Assembly (NCBI GenBank): GCA_049967475.1 | Contig: JBMFSQ010000007.1 | Span: forward strand, 79,237 to 143,236 | Source: Chthonomonadales bacterium | GTDB taxonomy: Bacteria; Armatimonadota; Chthonomonadetes; Chthonomonadales; CAJBBX01 | Direction: 5' to 3' | DNA: 64,000 nucleotides | Shown: positions 10,215 to 17,953 of the stretch, in pieces | Position numbering within the stretch: the stretch's first letter is position 1 | Layout: every line of letters begins with the position of its first letter | Program-made: the position numbers and the translations under genes | The notes under the pieces: generated by a model | Seen by the model: the letters and a program-made list of their open reading frames with translations, nothing else | Database searches by the model: none | What the model was told of the DNA's origin: nothing

Positions 10215-11366
10215 ATGCGCAGAGCTGCCGGTATTGTGCTGGTGTTCCTTTTGGGATTTGGGGCGAGCGCCCTCCTGTTGCGCCGCGTGAGCCTTTGGGG
10301 CGCTGCCGACGACAGCGTCGCCCGGCGGAATGCACTAGCCATTCTGGACCGGCCGGCGCCGAGTACCCCAGAACCGGACGGCCCCATGATCCGAGCTGCC
10401 GCCCGCATCGAGCCGGCCGTGGTCAACATAGACACCCTGGTAACCGGGCAGGCGCGGTCGTACGATTTCTTTGGGAATGAATATTCGCGCCCCTATGCTC
10501 TGGAGGGCAAAGGGAGCGGCGTCATCATTACACCCGATGGATACATCGTCACCAATAATCATGTGATTGCCGGCGCCAACATCATCAAGGTGACGCTCCC
10601 CTCCAAAGAGCAATATGAGGGCCGCGTCATCGGTGCCGACGAAGATGCGGACATCGCGGTTGTGAAAATAGACGGCCGAAATCTCCCGGCTGCGGAACTG
10701 GGCGACTCTTCCAAATTGCGTGTGGGCGAGGTGGTGCTCGCCATCGGCTATCCTCTGGGATTAGGCACTACGGTAACTCATGGCATCATTTCGGCTACGG
10801 ACCGGCGCGATCTGGAGATCAGCGAGGGGCATCGCCTGCGCTTGGCTATTCAGACGGATGCGCCCATCAACCGGGGCAATTCCGGCGGCGCTCTGGCCAA
10901 CCTCAATGGCCAACTTGTAGGCATCAACACGGCCATCGTGTCTGAGAACCGGGGCGGTTCCATCGGGATTGGCTTTGCGATCCCGATCAACGCAGCCAAG
11001 GGAGTGGTGCGCCGCATCATCTCCAACGGCCGCCCGCGCACCCGGCAGGCAGATCAACCGTTTATCGGCATCCAGTATGGTCCCGTGGACCCCAGTGCCG
11101 CGGCGCAACTTGGCCTTGCTCCCGGGCAGGGGGTGCAGGTGGAGGGGGTAGTTCCGCTCACCGCGGCAGCGCAGGCTGGGCTGGCGGCGGGCGATATCTT
11201 GTTGGCGGTGGACGGGTACCCGATTACGAGCACGCAGGATGTGCGGGGCTATCTGGCCGGCAAGCGTGTGGGGGAACGTGTCACGCTGGACGTCGTACGT
11301 GCGAATGGCGTGCGCGCCCGCATCACTCTCAAACTGGGTCCGAAGCCTTCCGGATTCGGCCGATAA
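10215..11366 (+). CDS. HtrA/DegP-family serine protease with one PDZ domain
   Basis: N-terminal TM; TNNHV, DIAV, QTDAPINRGNSGG catalytic triad; C-terminal PDZ. Confidence 0.93.
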   Translation: MRRAAGIVLVFLLGFGASALLLRRVSLWGAADDSVARRNALAILDRPAPSTPEPDGPMIRAAARIEPAVVNIDTLVTGQARSYDFFGNEYSRPYALEGKGSGVIITPDGYIVTNNHVIAGANIIKVTLPSKEQYEGRVIGADEDADIAVVKIDGRNLPAAELGDSSKLRVGEVVLAIGYPLGLGTTVTHGIISATDRRDLEISEGHRLRLAIQTDAPINRGNSGGALANLNGQLVGINTAIVSENRGGSIGIGFAIPINAAKGVVRRIISNGRPRTRQADQPFIGIQYGPVDPSAAAQLGLAPGQGVQVEGVVPLTAAAQAGLAAGDILLAVDGYPITSTQDVRGYLAGKRVGERVTLDVVRANGVRARITLKLGPKPSGFGR

Positions 11367-11378
11367 CCTGGTGGGAAC

Positions 11379-12194
11379 TCAGCGGCGCAGAAGTATTTGA
11401 ACGGGTTGGCGGTCCTGCCAATCAGTGACGCAATCCAACCCTGCCGCCAAGGCCAGGTCTGCTGCGGTGCAATAAGAGGCGGCCAACTCTTCCGGATGGT
11501 GGGCGTCGGACCCGATGGTCAAAAGGCGCCCGCCGAGGCTCGCGTACAACTTGATATGCGCGTCGCAGGGATAGGTATGCCCGGCGCCCTGCCTCAGGCC
11601 GGCCGTGTTGATCTCGAGGGCCACGCCGCGGGCGATCATCGCTTCAAAGAGGCGGAGGGCTTCGTCACGATAGGGCGACGGATCGTAGGGGCCATAGAGC
11701 GGTACTCCCCGCCGATTGGCATACTCCAGATGCCCCACGATGTCAATGAGGCCGCTCTCTACGGAATGGCGCACGGCCTCGAAGTAGATGCGATAGGCCT
11801 CTTCACGCGTCCTGCCGGCAACATATTCGGGTGTCATCAGCATGGCCCGGTCCACATAATGGACCGACCCGATGACGAAGTCGAAAGGGTGGTGTTCCAG
11901 CCACAGGCCGATGCGGTCCTCGAACCACTTTTGGTAGTCTATCTCTACGCCCATTCGGATACTAAGCTGATGGCCGAAGCGGGCGCGGGCTTCTTCGATC
12001 TCGTCGCGGTATCGCTCGTAATCGAAGTAATCCACCACAGGATCTTGCGGATCGAAGTCCTTGTGTTCTGAGAAGCCGATGACGTCGAGCCCCAAGAGGA
12101 CGGCGCGTTCGCACTGCTCGAGGATGGTAGCGCGGCCGTCGTGAGACCTGTTGGAGTGCACCTGTAGATCGGTAGCGTAGAAGCCGTCAATCAT
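11379..12194 (-). CDS. PHP-family phosphatase (histidinol-phosphatase HisJ/HisK-like)
   Basis: D.QVHS..S.DG, SEH, GVEIDY, IGSVH, GHL, EINT, GSDAH. Confidence 0.9.
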   Translation of the reverse strand: MIDGFYATDLQVHSNRSHDGRATILEQCERAVLLGLDVIGFSEHKDFDPQDPVVDYFDYERYRDEIEEARARFGHQLSIRMGVEIDYQKWFEDRIGLWLEHHPFDFVIGSVHYVDRAMLMTPEYVAGRTREEAYRIYFEAVRHSVESGLIDIVGHLEYANRRGVPLYGPYDPSPYRDEALRLFEAMIARGVALEINTAGLRQGAGHTYPCDAHIKLYASLGGRLLTIGSDAHHPEELAASYCTAADLALAAGLDCVTDWQDRQPVQILLRR

Positions 12195-12210
12195 GCGTCA
12201 TTGCGTGGGG

Positions 12211-12720
12211 TTAGGGTTGCGGAAGCTCTATGGGCGGCGTGAGGGTGATCTCGGCGACCTTCCACTCATCCACGGTGGTGAGGCCGAGCCATCGCGCGGA
12301 TCGCGTCTTGACCAGGGTCATTTTCACGGCAAGGTTCGGGAAGTATACTGCATCCATCCGAGGGGTATGTTCGCCCACATCCATGTGGAATGATACCTCA
12401 CCCTTGCCGCCGATGGATTGGACGCGCAGGTTGCGTACGGAGATGTCCAGGGGCCCGCGCATTTGCGGGAACGAGAACCTTAGGATTTCGCGCATGCGGT
12501 CGGCATCAGCGCCGAGGATTCTAGCGGTGGGAGTGAAGAGGCGCATTACACCTTCCACGTCTCTCCTACGGAGGGCGTCCGCCCCTGTGTTCACGATGCG
12601 AAGCGCCACGCCTGCCGATAGAGGTGGAGCGTGCATCCTCGCGGGTGCGCTGTAAAGGAGCAGCGCCGCTGCCAGGGAAAGGAGGCCGATGGTGAGCGCG
12701 ATGCGTGATGAACGATGCAT
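12211..12720 (-). CDS. hypothetical exported protein, NTF2/SnoaL-like
   Basis: Signal/TM segment followed by DALRRRDVEGVMRLF helix and alternating beta pattern; fold call is tentative. Confidence 0.6.
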   Translation of the reverse strand: MHRSSRIALTIGLLSLAAALLLYSAPARMHAPPLSAGVALRIVNTGADALRRRDVEGVMRLFTPTARILGADADRMREILRFSFPQMRGPLDISVRNLRVQSIGGKGEVSFHMDVGEHTPRMDAVYFPNLAVKMTLVKTRSARWLGLTTVDEWKVAEITLTPPIELPQP

Positions 12721-12784
12721 TGGGCTGCACCTCACGGGCTGTGTTCGCTCCTTGTGAGCGCGTGGCCCATTCTACTTTGTTTGC

Positions 12785-13876
12785 ATGAGCACGTCAACCG
12801 CTATAGATTTGCAGGGTTATGAGCCGTGGCAGGCTGCGGCCGAGGCTGTGGCCCAGGCGCAGGGCACGGTGTTGATCCTGGGGGATCTGGACGTCGGAAA
12901 GACTGCGTTTCTTCGGCTCGCGGCGAACATCGCGGTGAAATCCGGCCGGAGCGTAGCGATTTTGGATGCCGATTTGGGGCAATCGGAAATCGGGCCGCCT
13001 ACGTGTTTGGGTTGGGCTACGCCTACGCAGGAGTTCGACAGTCTGCTGGATCTGCGGCCGGCAGGGTTGGCATTCGTAGGTTCCACGTCGCCGAGGGGCC
13101 GACTGGCGGAATACATGGTGGCCTTGGACGCGGCGCTGCAGGGCGTCAAAGCAGCAGAGCCCGACGTCGTGTTTGTGGACACCATGGGTTTTGTGCACGG
13201 GCCCGGAGCACTCCGCCTTCGGCATGCGGAGATGCAGATGCTGCGCCCCGATCACGTAGTCGTGCTGGAGCGGGCCGGCGAATGTGAAGCGGTGGCACGC
13301 TTTGCCCAGATCGTGCTGCGCGCTCGTGTTGACCGGCTTCAGGTACCGGACTTCATGGGTCGCAAACCGGCATCCATAAGGGCTCAGAGGCGTGCCGCCC
13401 GCTTCGTGAGGTACTTTCAGGGCGCTCAGATGCGCACCTTGCGCTTCGAGGATTTTGCCGTGTGCGGCGGATGGCTGAACACCGGCCGACCCCTGGAGCC
13501 GCACGTGTTGCGGGCCATGGCAGGGGAGCTGGGGGTAACGGTGCTTCACGCCGAGCTTACCGGGCGCGACCTGGGCGTGGTGGTGAACGCTCTCCCCGCG
13601 CAGGGCCGATCATTGGACACCATCCGCGAGCAGTTTCGGACTGAGAGCATCACGCTGAGCGTGGCAAGCAGATTGAAGCATCTGGTGGTGGGTCTCTCGA
13701 ACGGCCACGGGTTCCTTGGCATCGGCACGGTGGAATACATCAACTATCGCAGCCGCCTGCTTCAAGTGCATACGCCGGTGCGGAATGTAGAGGCGGTCCG
13801 ATTGGTGGCCTTCGGCCGGCTTCGCGTCATGTGGGACGGCAGAGAGCTGGGAGTATTGGAAGCAGGGGAGATTTAG
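12785..13876 (+). CDS. Clp1/Grc3/Nol9-family polynucleotide 5'-hydroxyl kinase
   Basis: Walker A GDLDVGKT, Clp1 signature DADLGQSEIGPP, DTMG, Arg-rich lid RAQRRAARFVRYF, C-terminal LVVGL...LGIG. Confidence 0.88.
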   Translation: MSTSTAIDLQGYEPWQAAAEAVAQAQGTVLILGDLDVGKTAFLRLAANIAVKSGRSVAILDADLGQSEIGPPTCLGWATPTQEFDSLLDLRPAGLAFVGSTSPRGRLAEYMVALDAALQGVKAAEPDVVFVDTMGFVHGPGALRLRHAEMQMLRPDHVVVLERAGECEAVARFAQIVLRARVDRLQVPDFMGRKPASIRAQRRAARFVRYFQGAQMRTLRFEDFAVCGGWLNTGRPLEPHVLRAMAGELGVTVLHAELTGRDLGVVVNALPAQGRSLDTIREQFRTESITLSVASRLKHLVVGLSNGHGFLGIGTVEYINYRSRLLQVHTPVRNVEAVRLVAFGRLRVMWDGRELGVLEAGEI

Positions 13877-13905
13877 GCCACGGTGCGGGAAAGAAAGGAC
13901 GGGGA

Positions 13906-14523
13906 ATGCTGCGGCTTTACTTGATACGACATGGCGTAACGCGCTGGAACCACGAGGCACGGATGCAGGGGCAGAGCGACATTGACCTTGCGCCCGAGGG
14001 CTTCGAGCAGGCCCGGCTCATCGCCTGCAGGCTGGCGCGGGAGCCGCTGGATGCTGTATGGAGCAGCGATCTCGTACGGGCATGGGACACGGCTCGGGAG
14101 ATCGCGGCTCCCCACGGTCTGTGCGTTCATGTAACGCCGCTTCTGAGGGAGTGCGGTTTCGGCGCGTGGGAAGGCCTTACGGAGGCCGATATCATGGAGC
14201 TGGGCCAAGAGGACGCATGGCGCGCGTATCGGGCGGACCCCGTGGCAACCAGGCCGCCGGGGGGCGAGCGCCTGGAGGAAGTGTGGGATCGCATTCTGCA
14301 GGGAGTACAGCAATTGCGCCGGGAGCATCCTTCTGGGAATGTTGCTTTGGTGGGTCACGGCGGGAGCATGAGGGCGATCCTGTGCCATGCCCTCGGATCT
14401 ACCGTAGAGTGCTTTCGGCGGATCTGGCTGGATAACGCATCCCTGAGCATCGTGGAGTATGAGGGGGAGCGCATGTGGGTAAAGTTGATGAATGACACGT
14501 GCCACCTCGGCGGCATAGGGTGA
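13906..14523 (+). CDS. histidine phosphatase (PGM/CobC/GpmB family)
   Basis: RHG, SSDLVRA, LRECGFGAWEG, GHGG, NASLS, NDTCHL. Confidence 0.92.
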   Translation: MLRLYLIRHGVTRWNHEARMQGQSDIDLAPEGFEQARLIACRLAREPLDAVWSSDLVRAWDTAREIAAPHGLCVHVTPLLRECGFGAWEGLTEADIMELGQEDAWRAYRADPVATRPPGGERLEEVWDRILQGVQQLRREHPSGNVALVGHGGSMRAILCHALGSTVECFRRIWLDNASLSIVEYEGERMWVKLMNDTCHLGGIG

Positions 14524-14583
14524 GCGCTCCAGGCAGTGTGTGGTAGGCGCAGCCCCGATGCGGAGGCCGGGCGTTGCGTGCAT

Positions 14584-14612
14584 TTTACAAGGCCGGGGAA
14601 GCGTGCTATAAT
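14584..14612 (+). promoter_or_regulatory. sigma70-type promoter
   Basis: TTTACA-17 bp-TATAAT with extended TG, ahead of the GGAGG RBS of the GNAT gene. Confidence 0.7.
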
Positions 14613-14631
14613 ACGCGCGCGAGGAGGAGGC

Positions 14632-15759
14632 GTGGTGGATATCCAGGAAATCCACGACCACGATGGGCTCCAGGCGCTTCGATCCGATTGGGACCGCCTT
14701 GCAGATGCATGTGCGCCGGCAACGATCTACCAAACGTGGGAATGGAATGACGCATGGTGGCGCACGTTCGGCGGCCAGAAGCACCTACGCCTCCTTGTGG
14801 CCCGCGAGGATGCGCGCGTCGTGGGCATTGCTCCCCTTTATGTAAGCCGCCACTACAACACCCCGCTTCGGCGCCTGGCGTTTCTGGGCACGGGAGTATC
14901 CGACTATTTGGACATTCTCGCAGACGCGTCGTCGGCGGACCGCGTGGTGCAAGCGTTTCTGGATTACCTGGACGATGCCCAGGGCTTCGATCTGGCGGAC
15001 CTGCAGCAGGTGTCCCCTCTGAGCTTGGTGTACCGGTATGCCTGTGCCGCCGCAGAACAGCGGATACGCAAACACACCCTCTCTGTGCTGGATATGGAAC
15101 CTTGCCCCTATGTGGCTTTGCCCGCAACCTGGGAGGATTACCAGCGGCAGCTCGGCCGCAAGATGCGCTCCAACATCAGCTACTATCCGCGCCTTCTTGC
15201 TCGCAGTTATGGCAATGTAGAGCACTTCGTGGCGGGGGAAGAACAGGTGTCCGACGCTCTGGAAGCCCTCTTCTGCCTTCATCAGGCGCGCTGGAATGCC
15301 CGGCTTCTTCCGGGAGTGTTGGGCGGGGGCCGCGTCCGGCAGTTTCACCGTCTTGTCGCCACGCGGTTTGCCCAGCGGGGATGGCTGCGCCTTCACGTGC
15401 TGAAAGTGGATGGCACTTCCATCGCCGCACTCTACTGCTTTAGGTACCGGGATCGGTATTACTATTACCTGGGTGGCTTCGCTCCAAACCTGGCACGTTT
15501 CAGTCCCGGAACCATCCTCACGGCGGAAGCTATCCGCAGCGCGGTGAACGAGGGCTGCAAAGAGTTTGATTTTCTTCGCGGCCACGAGGCGTATAAATAC
15601 AGGTGGACCTCCAGCCATCGTGTCAACCAGCGTGTGCTTCTGTCTCATCCGAGGAGTGCCCGGTCCCGGGCGCTGCTGACGATCAACCGCATCGAGAGGT
15701 CGGTGGAGCGCAAAGCCAAGGCCCTTGTCGAAGCTCGGGGCAGTAGGAGGTCGGGATGA
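14632..15759 (+). CDS. GNAT-family acetyltransferase (CelD/BcsL-like)
   Basis: FLGTGVSDYLD, YYYLGGF, SPGTIL, FDFLRGHEAYKYRW; GTG start after strong RBS. Confidence 0.88.
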   Translation: MVDIQEIHDHDGLQALRSDWDRLADACAPATIYQTWEWNDAWWRTFGGQKHLRLLVAREDARVVGIAPLYVSRHYNTPLRRLAFLGTGVSDYLDILADASSADRVVQAFLDYLDDAQGFDLADLQQVSPLSLVYRYACAAAEQRIRKHTLSVLDMEPCPYVALPATWEDYQRQLGRKMRSNISYYPRLLARSYGNVEHFVAGEEQVSDALEALFCLHQARWNARLLPGVLGGGRVRQFHRLVATRFAQRGWLRLHVLKVDGTSIAALYCFRYRDRYYYYLGGFAPNLARFSPGTILTAEAIRSAVNEGCKEFDFLRGHEAYKYRWTSSHRVNQRVLLSHPRSARSRALLTINRIERSVERKAKALVEARGSRRSG

Positions 15760-16148
15760 AGGCGATCTTCGTACTCCTTGTACTGGTGTTGTTAGCGGCC
15801 ACTGCCTACAACATCTGGCAGACGCATGAGATGCGGAGAAGCGTGGATGAGCTCAGGACCCTCGTGGAGCAGGACCGCGCGCGGGCGGCGGAGAACGACC
15901 AGGCGCTTTCGGCGGTAGGGCGGGCGATCTCCCAAGCACAGGATGCCATTGCCCATGCGGACTGGCGGAATGCCCGTACGGCTCTAGAGCGCGCGGAGAC
16001 CGGGCTGGAGAACCTGGGACGGACGATTGGGCAGGAAGCGGCGCCGGCGGTGCGCAGGGTGCGCGAACAGGCTGCCAACCTGCTGCAGCAGGTGCAGGCT
16101 CACCTCGGCTCGCAGGATCAGAAACAGGCCGGGCAGGCGGGCCGTTGA
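15756..16148 (+). CDS. hypothetical membrane-anchored helical protein
   Basis: ATGA overlap; N-terminal TM then coiled-coil-like sequence. Confidence 0.75.
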   Translation: MKAIFVLLVLVLLAATAYNIWQTHEMRRSVDELRTLVEQDRARAAENDQALSAVGRAISQAQDAIAHADWRNARTALERAETGLENLGRTIGQEAAPAVRRVREQAANLLQQVQAHLGSQDQKQAGQAGR

Positions 16149-16179
16149 CGGAACCTGCGTCGGTGTGGGGAGGCGATCA

Positions 16180-16932
16180 ATGACCCGAAGGATCAAGCGA
16201 TTTCGTTGCCTGGTGGCGTTTGCCGCCTGCGTGGTAATGGCCGGGGCACCTGCAGGATGCGGCAAGGGCACCGTGTGGTCCACGAAGGATGAGGTGCGCA
16301 TCGGCCAGGAACTCTCCAAGGAGGTAGAGCATGAATACCGGGTGGAGCACGACACGGCCGATGCGCGGCGTGTTCAGCGCATCGGAGAGCGGCTGTTGGC
16401 CCACTCGGACGAGCGGCCCGGAGTTCCGTACTCGTTTACTGTGCTGGACACCAAGCAGGTGAATGCCGTGTCTCTACCGGGCGGGCCCATCTACATTTAC
16501 CGCGGGCTGCTCGACTTGGTAGGGAGCGACACGGATGCCCTCGCGTGCATCATCGGACATGAAATGGGCCACATCAACGGGAGGCATATCGCGCACCAGT
16601 ACACCAAAGAGTTGGAACTTCAGGGTCTTCTTACGGTGCTCTTGGGAGGCAAGAGTGCATCCGTCCAGAACCTTGCAGGGCTGGCGGAGGAGCTGCTGAC
16701 GCTGAAGTTCAGCCGCGACGATGAGTACGAAGCGGATGCGCGAGGGTTATCGTATGCATACAAAGCGGGGTATGATCCTAACGGGCTCATCCGCTTCTTC
16801 CAGAAGCTGGAAGTTTTGGAGAAGCAAGGGGCACGGGAGCCGGAGTTTCTGTTGACGCACCCCCTTACGCCCGCACGCATCAATCGGGCCCGGAAGATCA
16901 TCGAAGCCGGTGATTACCGCTTTGGCCATTGA
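16180..16932 (+). CDS. M48-family metallopeptidase, probable lipoprotein
   Basis: Lipobox-like PAGC, NAVSLPGG, HEMGH, SRDDEYEAD, THP. Confidence 0.9.
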   Translation: MTRRIKRFRCLVAFAACVVMAGAPAGCGKGTVWSTKDEVRIGQELSKEVEHEYRVEHDTADARRVQRIGERLLAHSDERPGVPYSFTVLDTKQVNAVSLPGGPIYIYRGLLDLVGSDTDALACIIGHEMGHINGRHIAHQYTKELELQGLLTVLLGGKSASVQNLAGLAEELLTLKFSRDDEYEADARGLSYAYKAGYDPNGLIRFFQKLEVLEKQGAREPEFLLTHPLTPARINRARKIIEAGDYRFGH

Positions 16933-16951
16933 CGGGAGGAGTGCACACGCA

Positions 16952-17740
16952 TTGAAGGTAGCTGCCGTGTTGCCGGCTTATAACGAAGGCACCCGCGTTC
17001 TCGATGTGCTGCGATCCGTGATGCGCGCGCCCTCTGTAGACGAAGTGATCGTTGTGAACGACGGCTCCACCGATCACACGGCCGACGTAATCCGCTCCAT
17101 CCCCGGGGTTTACCTCGTAGATCTGCCGGTGAACCGAGGTAAAGGCGGGGCCATGACCGCCGGCGCCCAGGCGACGGATGCCGAGATCCTGTTGTTTCTG
17201 GATGCGGATTTGATAGGGCTCAAGGTGGAACATGTCGAGCGCCTCATTGCCCCGGTGAAGTGCGGCGATTGCAAGATGGCGGTAGGCCGGTTCAAGGGTG
17301 GCCGAAGGTTGACGGATTGGTCCCAGAGGCTCGTGCCGAACATCAGCGGGCAGCGCGCCATCCGGCGGGACATCTTCGAGCAGATACCGAACCTGGCGCA
17401 CACACGGTACGGAGTGGAGATGGCCATTACGCGTTTCTGCCGGTACTACCGCGTACCCACGGTGAGCGTTCTCCTGCCGGGTGTAACGCATCCCATGAAG
17501 GAAGAGAAGCTGGGCTTCCTGCGGGGGACGATGTCTCGGGCCCGGATGTATTGGCAGATCCTGCGCATCATGCTGGATCCGAGGCCGCCGCGGCGCGTAG
17601 GCTTCCGGCGCGTCGGCCTCATCAACCGTATCGTAGCAAGGCGGAAATTGACCCGCCGCCTGGGATCTGCGGACACCTATCCTCGGAACGCATCCTTCCT
17701 AAGACAGCGCAATCGCACCGGCCCCAAGCCGGGCGTTTAG
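16952..17740 (+). CDS. GT2-family glycosyltransferase
   Basis: PAYNEG, VVNDGSTD, NRGKG, FLDADL, SGQRA, YGVE. Confidence 0.9.
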   Translation: MKVAAVLPAYNEGTRVLDVLRSVMRAPSVDEVIVVNDGSTDHTADVIRSIPGVYLVDLPVNRGKGGAMTAGAQATDAEILLFLDADLIGLKVEHVERLIAPVKCGDCKMAVGRFKGGRRLTDWSQRLVPNISGQRAIRRDIFEQIPNLAHTRYGVEMAITRFCRYYRVPTVSVLLPGVTHPMKEEKLGFLRGTMSRARMYWQILRIMLDPRPPRRVGFRRVGLINRIVARRKLTRRLGSADTYPRNASFLRQRNRTGPKPGV

Positions 17741-17937
17741 AATTGCGGCAAGAAGCGGCGTTCATACTTCTCGAGTTCTGCCCGCAACAGCGCCTCGAGT
17801 TCCGCATCGCCCTGGGCGCCCGCGCCACGGATCGCACCTTCCAGGATTTCGTATCCCTCCACGATGCACTCCTCGGCGGCCATCTTGCGGGCTCTTGCTC
17901 CGATCTTGAATGCAATCATCTCCTTAGAGCTAGGCAT
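17737..17937 (-). CDS. small helical hypothetical protein (66 aa)
   Basis: AAGGA RBS before ATG; follows the upstream 970-aa gene; MPSSKEMIAFKIGARARK... Confidence 0.65.
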   Translation of the reverse strand: MPSSKEMIAFKIGARARKMAAEECIVEGYEILEGAIRGAGAQGDAELEALLRAELEKYERRFLPQF

Positions 17938-17953
17938 GGTTCCATTCCTTCGA

